NCBI GenBank assembly: GCA_964621065.1
Contig: CAZULG010000005.1
Span: 108-64,107, forward strand
Length of the DNA stretch: 64,000 nt
From: an uncultured Methanosarcinales archaeon
GTDB lineage: Archaea > Nanobdellota > Nanobdellia > Woesearchaeales > UBA583
Direction: 5' to 3'
The notes beneath the pieces were generated by a model. The model was not told where the DNA came from. It saw only the letters and a list, made by a program, of their open reading frames with translations, and ran no database searches. Shown here piece by piece: positions 1 to 8,774 of this stretch; the stretch's first letter is position 1; each line of letters starts with the position of its first letter. A program made the position numbers and the translations under genes.

Positions 1-1275
1 CTTCTTGATGAAATCAGTAAAGAATCTGTTGATTGGAATAAAATTAATCAATTATACGATGAATTGCTTACGCATATTAATAACTATCAAAAGTTCAATA
101 GATTAAAAAATTTAAATGAAGGATTTGAAGATATAAGAAAAGTTCAATTTTTCTTTCAAAAAATTCAAAGTTTAAAAAATGCAATTAGTGAAAATCAAGA
201 GCAAACTACCACCTCTATTATTGTTGAACTTCAAGATTTGAATATCGAATCAATAGTAGAGAACTATTTCCAAACTACTCGTTTTGAAGATACGCTTCTG
301 TATTGGTATATGAACGAAGAATTTAAAACAGGAGTTGTAAATAAGAGAACGTTTCAAAGAAATGTGAATGAGTTAAAGAAAAAAGTTTTGCTTATTGTTA
401 ATGATGTGAAAAATTATATTCGTGCAAAGTGGGGGGTTGAATTTGACTACAATGAGATACAGAACAATCCAAGATATAAGCAAATATTTAATGAGCATGA
501 ACCAAAAATTATAGTTGGATTATTTGATGAGATAATATTTAAGGTAATGAAAAAAACAATGATTGATGAAGAATTTGAAAATATGGAGAGTGATATTTGG
601 CTAAAGAGTAAAAAAAAATCAATTATTGAGAAATTTAATAATTTTTTTACAAGAATAGAAAGCAAGGAAAGATATAAAATTAATATGAAAAAACCTGATT
701 TTGAATCAAATTATAGTCATTTAAGTGAGTTTGATATGTACGGTTTGTGTAGACAATTCACTCTGTTTTACTTTAGTTTATTTCAATTACTACATTTTCC
801 AATTCAAAAATTCACACTAGTAATACTACCAAGACACGTTTTTGCAAGATATATTTTAAATAATAACAATCATTTAAATATTGATGGTTATAGATATCCA
901 GATGATCACTTCTATAAAACTTATTATAAATTTGATAATTCAACTAATTCGTACTTCACTAATATGAACTATTTACAGATAATAGGATTGTTTAAGCATA
1001 ATTTAGCATTATTAATAATATCACATTTATCAGATAATAGAAAATCAGTAGAATACGCAAAACAATTATATGAAGAAGCAATCACATTAGAACCAAATAA
1101 TCCTATTTTTAAGCATAATTTAGCAAAACTATTATATTATTGTTTCTCTAATGATAAGAGTTCAATAAAACAAGCAATTAAATTACTAGAAGAAGCAATT
1201 AAGTTAAATCCCTATGAAGATAAACATAGATACGTTCTACAAAAGGTAGTTGAATATTACAATGATAATTCTTAA
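1..1275 (+). CDS. Hypothetical protein with C-terminal TPR-like repeats (5' partial, continues upstream of window)
   Basis: Frame 1 is open from nt 1, and the listed start at 64 is a TTG. The C-terminus has TPR-like repeats (AKQLYEEAITLEPNNPIFKHNLAKLL; AIKLLEEAIKLNPYEDKHRY). No other family recognised. Confidence 0.55.
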   Translation, partial: LLDEISKESVDWNKINQLYDELLTHINNYQKFNRLKNLNEGFEDIRKVQFFFQKIQSLKNAISENQEQTTTSIIVELQDLNIESIVENYFQTTRFEDTLLYWYMNEEFKTGVVNKRTFQRNVNELKKKVLLIVNDVKNYIRAKWGVEFDYNEIQNNPRYKQIFNEHEPKIIVGLFDEIIFKVMKKTMIDEEFENMESDIWLKSKKKSIIEKFNNFFTRIESKERYKINMKKPDFESNYSHLSEFDMYGLCRQFTLFYFSLFQLLHFPIQKFTLVILPRHVFARYILNNNNHLNIDGYRYPDDHFYKTYYKFDNSTNSYFTNMNYLQIIGLFKHNLALLIISHLSDNRKSVEYAKQLYEEAITLEPNNPIFKHNLAKLLYYCFSNDKSSIKQAIKLLEEAIKLNPYEDKHRYVLQKVVEYYNDNS

Positions 1276-2594
1276 TTATTATTTTCCAATAATTTCATTG
1301 CTGAAAATAATGTTGCTTCATCTCCAACATCACACATGAGCTGCATTCCAATTGGTGTAACTCCTCTTTTTGTTTCAACTTGCGCTTTTGGAACAACTCC
1401 GCTACAAATTCCTGCTAAATTTGCAATTACAGTAAATGCGTCATATGCATATTCTTCTTCAGGTGTGAGTGTCTCATCAAAGGAGTGAGGGAGTTCTGGA
1501 GTAGTTGGGAGTAAAATTGCTTGAACTTGTGTAAACACTTTTTTAAATTCTTCTTTTAATACTTCTCTCACACCAAGTGCTTTTTTATAATACGCTCCTT
1601 CATATTCTGCTTGTGTGATTAACTCTCCTCCTCTCATCCTCAGTTTCAATTCATCAAGTGCAACACTATCAATATGTTCTCCATATTTCACACCATCAAA
1701 TTTTCGTGTTCCTGAAAATACTTCAGTATAGACAATTGGATAATATGCAGCTACTCCAAGTTTTAAATGTTGAATTGAACACTCCACAATTTCAACTCCA
1801 TTATCTTTTAATTCTTGAATTGACTTATAATATGTTTGTCGAATTTCTTCATCCACAATTAATTCATCAACTTCTTTTAATATTCCAACAGTTTTAATCT
1901 CAATATTTTGTTGTTTAAATGGATCAATTTGTAGCATTGTTCCATCATTTTCACTATATGTTCCAATCACTTCAAGCATTAGTTCACTATCTTCTACATT
2001 ATTACTCAATACTCCCACTTGATCAAAACTCATAGTTGAGTCCACTACTCCATATCGTGACACTCTCCCATAACTTGGTTTTAATCCAACAACTCCACAA
2101 TGAGACGCAGGGTTTCGACAACTTCCTCCTGTATCTGTTCCCAGAGCAATATCACACATATTCGCAGCAATTGCAGCAGCTGAACCTGAGGATGTTCCCC
2201 CTGGAATAATATTTGTATTTTTGGGATTGAGTGTTTTTCCAAAATAGCTATGTTCACCAGTTGAACCTTGTGCAAATTCATCGTTATTGACAACTCCGAT
2301 AATAATTCCATCTTCTGCTTCAATTTGTTTTACAACATCAGCACTATAAATTGCTTTGACATTTTCTAATGTTTTTGAGGCGCAAGAGCATACTACTCCT
2401 TGTTTGAAAATATTACTCTTAATTGCAATGATTTTTCCAAATAATATTCCTCTTTTTGACTCTTCTTTGTTATCTAATTCTTGTGCTCGTTTGAGCGCAT
2501 CATCTTTTAAGATTTCAAGGAAAATATTATACTCACTATTTTTAGATTTAATTTGTTCAAGATAGTGTTCAACTTTTTGGACGCATGATTTCAT
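1272..2594 (-). CDS. gatA: Amidase-family Glu/Asp-tRNA amidotransferase subunit A
   Basis: Amidase signature GGTSSGSAAAIAANMCDIALGTDTGGSCRNPASHCGVVGLKPSYGRVSRYG. The 440-aa length is typical of GatA. Confidence 0.85.
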   Translation of the reverse strand: MKSCVQKVEHYLEQIKSKNSEYNIFLEILKDDALKRAQELDNKEESKRGILFGKIIAIKSNIFKQGVVCSCASKTLENVKAIYSADVVKQIEAEDGIIIGVVNNDEFAQGSTGEHSYFGKTLNPKNTNIIPGGTSSGSAAAIAANMCDIALGTDTGGSCRNPASHCGVVGLKPSYGRVSRYGVVDSTMSFDQVGVLSNNVEDSELMLEVIGTYSENDGTMLQIDPFKQQNIEIKTVGILKEVDELIVDEEIRQTYYKSIQELKDNGVEIVECSIQHLKLGVAAYYPIVYTEVFSGTRKFDGVKYGEHIDSVALDELKLRMRGGELITQAEYEGAYYKKALGVREVLKEEFKKVFTQVQAILLPTTPELPHSFDETLTPEEEYAYDAFTVIANLAGICSGVVPKAQVETKRGVTPIGMQLMCDVGDEATLFSAMKLLENNN

Positions 2595-2674
2595 AGTTAA
2601 TTAAAGTTAAGATGTATTAAAAAGATTTTGTATTATAAAAGTATATTTATAAGTAATAAAGTTATTTACTTAGT

Positions 2675-3655
2675 ATGAAAAAGTCTCCTAAAAATATTTT
2701 TGAAATTGAAGATGAATTAGAACAAATTAAATATTTCAAAAAGATATATGGAAAAATCAAAACAACCTTAAAACAAAGAAGCAGATGTATTACAAAATTG
2801 AGAAATTTATTGAGAGTGCTTGAATACGAATTAGATGAAAAAGGTAGTTTAATTCTGAAAATTCATTTTTCAGAGTACATTAAAGAAGAGTCACAGCTTC
2901 ATGAATTTGATTTAGCTACTTCAAAACTTAATTTACTATATATATTAAAAGATAGTTCGAAAAATAATGAGAGAAAAATTAGAGAACACTATAAAGGAAA
3001 TCAAAAATCTATTGATGATTTTTTTGATACTTTTAGTTATATGAGAAAATTAAATTCTGAAATTTTCTCTAAACTAGAAAAAATTGAGAGTTATAACTTA
3101 ACATTAAAAATTGTTAGTTATCAAACATTAAAGATTAATTATGATAAAGAAGGAAATCCGAAAAAAGAATTTAGTTATGCTGATAATGTGAAATCGGAAT
3201 TGGTTAGAATCATCCATAAATTAAATACGGACCCTCATTATGATTTTTTCATTAACTTTGAAAAAGAGATTGAAGAAAAAGAAATCAGACTTGAAAACTT
3301 AGATTTTATAAAACAACAAAAAAAAGCGATTAAAAAAGATGAAGAATACAAAAATTTAATCAATGAATATAATAATAAAAATTCAACATTTAACTTTATT
3401 CTAGCAATGGGAGTGTTTGGTACTCTTTTTTATTATTTTTATGAAACATTAAAAGACTTTTATTTAATGGAATCACTTCAAATTTCCATTATATCTGGGA
3501 TTCTTATTCTACTATATATCTTATTGTTTTATTTTGTATTACATATTGCAGATCTAAGAGAAGAATTTATCTCATTTTTCAAAAAATACTGGTACTTGAT
3601 ATTGATTCTTGGAACTATGATATTACTCTTTGGTTTTTTATTATCAGTTGCCTAA
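2675..3655 (+). CDS. Hypothetical coiled-coil protein with C-terminal transmembrane helices
   Basis: Long ORF with an ATG start. K/E-rich N-terminal part, and a hydrophobic C-terminal ~90 aa (FNFILAMGVFGTLFYYF..., ILLYILLFYFVL..., YLILILGTMILLFGFLL). Confidence 0.55.
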   Translation: MKKSPKNIFEIEDELEQIKYFKKIYGKIKTTLKQRSRCITKLRNLLRVLEYELDEKGSLILKIHFSEYIKEESQLHEFDLATSKLNLLYILKDSSKNNERKIREHYKGNQKSIDDFFDTFSYMRKLNSEIFSKLEKIESYNLTLKIVSYQTLKINYDKEGNPKKEFSYADNVKSELVRIIHKLNTDPHYDFFINFEKEIEEKEIRLENLDFIKQQKKAIKKDEEYKNLINEYNNKNSTFNFILAMGVFGTLFYYFYETLKDFYLMESLQISIISGILILLYILLFYFVLHIADLREEFISFFKKYWYLILILGTMILLFGFLLSVA

Positions 3656-3734
3656 TTTTTATTTTTCAAACTAAAATTTCTACTTATCAAATATAAAACG
3701 ATAATTTTAAATAGTTATATATACATATATACTT

Positions 3735-4016
3735 ATGGTTCAAGTCAAAGTAAATACAAACATATTACATTATCCTCAACTAGATACAGTTTTAATGGTA
3801 GAAGAGTTTATCAAAGAGCATTCGGGAGAATATAAAAAAAAATCATTATGGGAAAATCTTCCAAAAAGGATGATGTATCAAACTTATCAAGTAATATTTG
3901 ATTATCTTCTAGATTCGGGGAAAATAGCAAAAGATAAAAAAGGAAACATTGCCTGGATATGGAATCCTGAGTTAGTTAAAAAATATTTAGATAAACCAAA
4001 TTTAAGAGTAAGATGA
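3735..4016 (+). CDS. Small protein, candidate antitoxin partner of the downstream RelE/ParE-like gene
   Basis: 93-aa ORF whose stop overlaps the next start by 4 nt (ATGA at 4013-4016). No family recognised; the role is inferred from the operon geometry only. Confidence 0.45.
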   Translation: MVQVKVNTNILHYPQLDTVLMVEEFIKEHSGEYKKKSLWENLPKRMMYQTYQVIFDYLLDSGKIAKDKKGNIAWIWNPELVKKYLDKPNLRVR

Positions 4017-4342
4017 AATCAAGAGTAGTGTTTGGAGAGGAGAAATTAAAAGAAGCTTTTGAAAAACTAAAAACATCTAAAACAGAAGATCAGATGTTAT
4101 ACAAGTGGATTAATAGGGCAATAGATGATTTAGCAGAAAATGCGTTTTGTGGACTTCAAATTCCTAAAAAACAGATTCCAGATATTTATTTTAAAAAATA
4201 TGAAGTAGATAATTTATGGAAGTATGATTTGCCTAAAGCGTGGAGATTAATTTATTCAGTATCAAATGGCGAGATTTGTATTGTCTCAATTGTGTTAGAA
4301 TGGATGAGTCATAAAGATTATGAAAAGAGATTCAAATATTAA
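4013..4342 (+). CDS. RelE/ParE-superfamily toxin-like protein
   Basis: 109 aa. The C-terminal pattern NLWKYDLPKAWRLIYSVSNGEICIVSIVLEWMSHKDYEKRF resembles the RelE/YoeB/ParE core (LWKYRxGDYRxIYxI...vvxxIxHRKdvY). It overlaps the upstream small ORF by 4 nt. Confidence 0.55.
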   Translation: MKSRVVFGEEKLKEAFEKLKTSKTEDQMLYKWINRAIDDLAENAFCGLQIPKKQIPDIYFKKYEVDNLWKYDLPKAWRLIYSVSNGEICIVSIVLEWMSHKDYEKRFKY

Positions 4343-4397
4343 ATATTTGATTTTCAAAACAAATTTTTATAAATTCTCCTGAATTTATGTAACTATC

Positions 4398-4880
4398 ATG
4401 TCAGTTGAGAGAACGTTTGTAATGATTAAACCAGATGGTGTACAAAGAGGACTTGTTGGAGAAATTCTATCAAGATTTGAAAAAGTAGGATTAAAATTAG
4501 TTGCAATGAAATTTATGCACGTTGACGCTGAATTTTCAAAAAAACACTACAATGATTTAGTAGATAAACCATTTTACCCAGGACTTGAAGATTTATTAAC
4601 ATCAGGACCTGTTGTAGCATTTGTCTTTGAAGGAGCAAAAGCAATTTCACTTGTTCGAAAAATGGTAGGAGCAACTGAGCCAGCTTCATCACAACCAGGA
4701 ACAATTCGAGGAGATTATGCACATATGAATTATGCAAGAGCAGACGCTGAAGGAAAAGCACTACCTAATTTGATTCACGCATCAGATTCTCCAGAGGGAG
4801 CTGAGAGAGAAATTCATTTATGGTTTAGTGAGAGTGAAATTTACGATAATTATGAAACTGTATTTTCTAAATTCATGTAA
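4398..4880 (+). CDS. ndk: Nucleoside diphosphate kinase
   Basis: [44 protein letters not shown] and NLIHASDS are classic NDK motifs. Length 160 aa. Confidence 0.95.
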   Translation: MSVERTFVMIKPDGVQRGLVGEILSRFEKVGLKLVAMKFMHVDAEFSKKHYNDLVDKPFYPGLEDLLTSGPVVAFVFEGAKAISLVRKMVGATEPASSQPGTIRGDYAHMNYARADAEGKALPNLIHASDSPEGAEREIHLWFSESEIYDNYETVFSKFM

Positions 4881-4996
4881 ATTTAAAATCTACTTTTTTA
4901 GTTCTAAAACAAAAATATACATATAGCTGAACGAAGTGGATGCTATATCCCAAAAGATACGAAACAGGGAATTTTGCAACTTAATTTTTGTTTTAA

Positions 4997-5181
4997 GATT
5001 CTCCAGAAGGAGCTGAAAAAGAAATTCATTTATGGATTATAGATTTCTTGAAAAGAAATATATATTCAAGAATAAAAATGAAAATTTTATTGTTGATTTA
5101 GTAAGGCGAAATTTACGACATTCACAACAAAAATTTTTAATTTTAGTTGATTATGAAAAAGTATTTTTTAAATTTATGTAA
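4997..5181 (+). pseudogene. Degenerate, interrupted second copy of the ndk 3' end
   Basis: 4997-5035 matches ndk 4785-4823 at 36 of 39 nt and still encodes DSPEGAEKEIHLW (ndk has [13 protein letters not shown]). 5097-5120 shares gaaatttacga with ndk. 5150-5181 encodes DYEKVFFKFM-stop (ndk has [10 protein letters not shown]-stop). The three blocks are separated by unrelated AT-rich inserts. Confidence 0.65.
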
Positions 5182-5276
5182 TATTTAACTTCGTTGAGTA
5201 TTTTAATATTATTTTTATAATTTAGAAAAATTGACTTTTTCTTAAATAATTCAAAATATCTAAAAGTATAATTCAC

Positions 5277-5915
5277 TTATAAATTATGTTTTGATTTTTC
5301 TCTATATTCTTCATATACACCATAACCAAGCCAGAGCAAAAGAAGTAAAAATAATCCATAGGAATTTTCTGCAACTAATAAAATTTCATCTTTAAAATAG
5401 TACGTAAGTAAAATTAAAATGAAATAATATGGAATATTTAACAATCCACTAAAAAAAACAATTTTTATACTTTTTCGCTCAAGTCCTTGCTCAAACATAA
5501 ACAAAGCAAGTGTGTTAATATGAATCATACTCAATAATAATCTCTTAATTTCAATCTTTTCTGTTGTGAGATAGGAATGAGAATTCTTCTTAAAAGATAT
5601 TACTCTTCCAACATAATAATTAATTAAAGCAGAGAGTGTTACTGCTAAAAATGACATAATTGTGAGAAGAAAAATACCACTCATTCCTTGGGAGTTTTGA
5701 GTAACAAGGATTACAGCAATTAGTTGACCTGGAAGATAAAATCCGATATAAATGATACTTTCTAAAAAAATAATTATAAACATAAATAATAATGATTCTT
5801 GAAATGATACAGAATTGAGTATATATGAAAATTCAGGAAGATAATTCAAATAAATTGCAAGTTCAATAAATGAGTATATGATTAACGCACTTAGAGGAAC
5901 AATAATGTGTTTCAT
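5277..5915 (-). CDS. Integral membrane protein (possibly DedA/VTT-like)
   Basis: 212 aa with about 5-6 hydrophobic segments. FLESIIYIGFYLPGQLIAV weakly resembles the DedA PGE region. The family call is tentative. Confidence 0.5.
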   Translation of the reverse strand: MKHIIVPLSALIIYSFIELAIYLNYLPEFSYILNSVSFQESLLFMFIIIFLESIIYIGFYLPGQLIAVILVTQNSQGMSGIFLLTIMSFLAVTLSALINYYVGRVISFKKNSHSYLTTEKIEIKRLLLSMIHINTLALFMFEQGLERKSIKIVFFSGLLNIPYYFILILLTYYFKDEILLVAENSYGLFLLLLLWLGYGVYEEYREKSKHNL

Positions 5916-5953
5916 GTTTAAAATAATTAATGTATCTATAAAAACATATCTTT

Positions 5954-6607
5954 CTAAAAATTAATAATTTTCTCAAACAATTCTATGTCTTCTTCTCGCA
6001 ATTTCTTCTTTAACCAATTCAGTTTTGCATGGTCTCGCACTTCAATAAAATTAAATATAGGTGATTTTAACAATAAATCATAGCTATTTTTGAATAATTC
6101 AAAGACGTATCGTTTATCAAATAAAAAATATTCTTCCTCTCTCAAGTTTAAATAACACTCAATAATAATATCTTCTAGATTGTTCCATTTATTTTCGTAT
6201 TTTTCAGCAGTAGTTAGAGAACCCAAATCCTCAAAAAAACCATTTTGCGCAACAATATGAGAGATGCAATGATGCAGAGCAATTGCAATTTTTAAACTCT
6301 CTAAATATTGTTTTTGCTTAATAAGCGTTTTTAGATATGAAATTTTAGGATGTAAATATAATTTATTAAATTGAGTCACATAATAGATAAATTCTCCTCT
6401 CCCAATACTTCTTCGATTTTTTTGAGCTTGAGCAAGAGCCTCATCAACATATTCTTGAATAAATTTTTGTTGCACAGAAATATTGAATTTTTTTATGAAT
6501 TCTTTTTGCAACTGCTCATTTTTTTTCAAATGTAGCGAGAGAAATTGAATTAAATCTTTGTGAGGAATTGATTTCAACTCATCTTTAAAGTTAATTCTCT
6601 CATACAT
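5954..6607 (-). CDS. Hypothetical protein
   Basis: 217-aa ORF with an ATG start and no recognisable motif. Confidence 0.5.
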   Translation of the reverse strand: MYERINFKDELKSIPHKDLIQFLSLHLKKNEQLQKEFIKKFNISVQQKFIQEYVDEALAQAQKNRRSIGRGEFIYYVTQFNKLYLHPKISYLKTLIKQKQYLESLKIAIALHHCISHIVAQNGFFEDLGSLTTAEKYENKWNNLEDIIIECYLNLREEEYFLFDKRYVFELFKNSYDLLLKSPIFNFIEVRDHAKLNWLKKKLREEDIELFEKIINF

Positions 6608-6626
6608 TTTTATACACCTTTATTAT

Positions 6627-6788
6627 TTATTCAATAAATATATCTCTAATTGAAATAACTTCTCCACCTACTGTGACCATAAAATAAATAATGAGAATAA
6701 CAAAGAAGATAATTGCAATGAGCGTTTTAAGATTAAGTTCGAACCCTTCTCCCATTTTATTCTCAAATAAACGTATACATGATTTCAT
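6627..6788 (-). CDS. Candidate small single-pass membrane protein (53 aa), absent from the ORF track
   Basis: My hand translation gives MKSCIRLFENKMGEGFELNLKTLIAIIFFVILIIYFMVTVGGEVISIRDIFIE-stop. It is co-directional with the 5954-6607 gene and ends 19 nt upstream of it. One clear hydrophobic helix. Confidence 0.3.
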   Translation of the reverse strand: MKSCIRLFENKMGEGFELNLKTLIAIIFFVILIIYFMVTVGGEVISIRDIFIE

Positions 6789-6895
6789 ATTACTTGTAAA
6801 ACTCTCAAGATTATAAATATTATGACTTTTCTCATCAAGTTACGAGACAACAATAATACGAAAATTATTAAAAGCAACAATTTTATTGTATATAT

Positions 6896-7654
6896 ATGAA
6901 AAACTCAATAAAAGTTAGAGGTGCTCGTGAGCATAATTTAAAAAATATTGATGTAGAGATTCCAAAATACTCATTTACTGTCATTACTGGGCTTAGTGGT
7001 TCTGGGAAATCGACACTTGCATTTGATACAATTTATAATGAAGGGAATCGTAGATATGTTGAGAGTTTGTCTTCGTATGCGAGGCAATTTTTGGGAAATT
7101 CAAATAAACCTGATGTTGATAGTATAGAAGGCCTGAGTCCTGCAATTTCAATTGAGCAAAAAACAACGTCTAAAAATCCTCGATCAACTGTTGGAACGGT
7201 TACAGAAATTTATGATTATTTGAGATTACTCTATGCGCGCACTGGAAAGCAATATTGTCCAAAGTGTAATTCTGAAATTGCCCCCCAGTCTGCTCAAAGT
7301 ATTGTAACCTCCATTTTAGGGCAGTATGAGGCTCAGAGAGTCATGATTTTAGCACCAATTATTCGTGGTTCAAAAGGAACATACGAGAAAGTATTTGAAA
7401 AAGCTCGCGAAGAAGGGTTTTCCAGAATTCGAGTAGATGGAGAAGTATATCACACCGATAGCGTGAAAGATGAAATTACACTTGAGCGGTATGAAAAACA
7501 CTGGATTGAGTATATTATTGATAGAATTACAGTAAATCAAGATAGTCGACAACGAATTACAGAAGCCGTTGAGCAGGCTCTGCATTATGGAGGAGGAAGT
7601 TTAAAAGTTCTTGACGTTGAAAAAGAAAAAGCAGTAAGGGAGAAGATGAAATAA
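6896..7654 (+). pseudogene. uvrA: Truncated UvrA (N-terminal ~250 aa only)
   Basis: [63 protein letters not shown]...[11 protein letters not shown]...[22 protein letters not shown] is the UvrA N-terminus with Walker A. The frame stops after 252 aa, whereas UvrA is about 940 aa. The following ORF has no UvrA similarity. Confidence 0.7.
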
Positions 7655-7655
7655 A

Positions 7656-8039
7656 ATGAGTATTATTAATCTTAAAGAAAGGAGAAAGGAGAAGAAATTG
7701 CAAAAATTGTTAAGAAGTGTCAGAAACATCGTCAATAGTCCATTTGAAGCAGTAATTCCTCATATTTACGTTGAGCAGATAGAAACGAAATCCCAAGAAG
7801 TTACAAATTTAATTGATGAACTATCCACTTTAGATTTTTCAAATATTTCAAGTGTAGAAATTGAAAATTTAGAAGGATGTATAATGTCATATAGTCGGGT
7901 TCTTAACGAAACTGAAAATATCTTATTCAATCAACCAGCAGAATTGTTAGACAGAATAATTGAATCTTTAAAAGTAATGATTCAACAAACACGAAGTAAT
8001 GATTCTGGAACTGATTCAGATACCTTTGATTTCAAGTAA
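7656..8039 (+). CDS. Hypothetical protein
   Basis: 127-aa ORF starting 1 nt after the uvrA-fragment stop. No recognisable motif. Confidence 0.4.
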   Translation: MSIINLKERRKEKKLQKLLRSVRNIVNSPFEAVIPHIYVEQIETKSQEVTNLIDELSTLDFSNISSVEIENLEGCIMSYSRVLNETENILFNQPAELLDRIIESLKVMIQQTRSNDSGTDSDTFDFK

Positions 8040-8229
8040 ATTCAAGAAGTTATAGAAACTTATTCTCAAAGAATTTATATTCGATAATACTTAGTAAAAT
8101 AATTAATAATAAAATTATCATAAAATAGATTTTCAAATATATTTTTCACTTTTTCAAATGAATTCATATATACAAACAATTAGTGTTTATATCTATTTGT
8201 GAGAATTTTTGTAAAATAAGTAATTAAAA

Positions 8230-8643
8230 TTACTCCCCTTTTGGAGTTTCTTCTTCTGCTGGAGCAAATGCTTTCTCAACAGCTTTTTCTCCTTTTACAA
8301 CTTTTGCATTTACTTGGTGAATTTTACTGTGAATTTCATTTCCACAAATTGTTTTCTTCACACGCAAACCGCCAAATCGTTTCCCACGCAATTTTCCATT
8401 AAATCCAGTTCCTTTTGATAATAAAATCTTTTTTCGCATAGGTCCGTGAAAATCTTTTCTCATTGGAAATCCATCAATATCTGAACCTCCACGTAATTCT
8501 AATTCAACTCCGGAAATACCAATTAATTCACCATTAATAGTTTCCCCGAGCACTTTACCGTTTAAAGCCTCAGCTTCTTGAGCAGAAAGTTCTTTTTGAT
8601 AGCACTTTCCCTCTTTTGTTCCAATCACTAGTTTCATAGCCAT
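8230..8643 (-). CDS. rps6e: 30S ribosomal protein S6e
   Basis: MKLVIGTKEGKCYQKEL...GELIGISGVELELRGGSDIDGFPMRKD...RKKILLSKGTGF...GLRVKKTICGN is the typical archaeal S6e pattern. Confidence 0.9.
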   Translation of the reverse strand: MAMKLVIGTKEGKCYQKELSAQEAEALNGKVLGETINGELIGISGVELELRGGSDIDGFPMRKDFHGPMRKKILLSKGTGFNGKLRGKRFGGLRVKKTICGNEIHSKIHQVNAKVVKGEKAVEKAFAPAEEETPKGE

Positions 8644-8774
8644 TTTTTATTATAGTTAAATTAGACAGTTTTTATATTGCCTACATAAGAGAAATGAATC
8701 TCAATTTATAAATTCAACTCTTAAGTGTCTATTTCAATAACTATTTAAAACATATATTATTTAACATTATAGAA

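Noticed and set aside
447-665. Short ORFs nested inside or antisense to longer, well-supported genes. This one is an example; others are 1658-1897, 2081-2323, 2356-2565, 4513-4761, 7370-7585, 8857-9060, 11146-11334, 11552-11773, 11815-12024, 13291-13509, 13759-13995, 14413-14595, 16977-17192, 19651-19851, 20572-20790, 21459-21665, 22110-22334, 23295-23594, 24439-24678, 25487-25678, 26286-26474, 30193-30420, 32001-32249, 32690-33100, 33805-33999, 35273-35518, 37316-37600, 37834-38040, 41575-41799, 43039-43254, 43687-44090, 58465-58668, 59390-59677 and 63375-63581.
   Set aside because: All lie within or opposite ORFs that carry clear family motifs. Their translations are low-complexity L/I/F/K-rich shadows typical of AT-rich DNA, and none has a recognisable motif.
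6735-6752. gttcgaacccttctccca, which superficially resembles a tRNA T-arm plus CCA end.
   Set aside because: No complementary 5' acceptor strand or D/anticodon arms exist within 90 nt on either strand. The segment is better explained as codons GEGFEL of the small minus-strand ORF.
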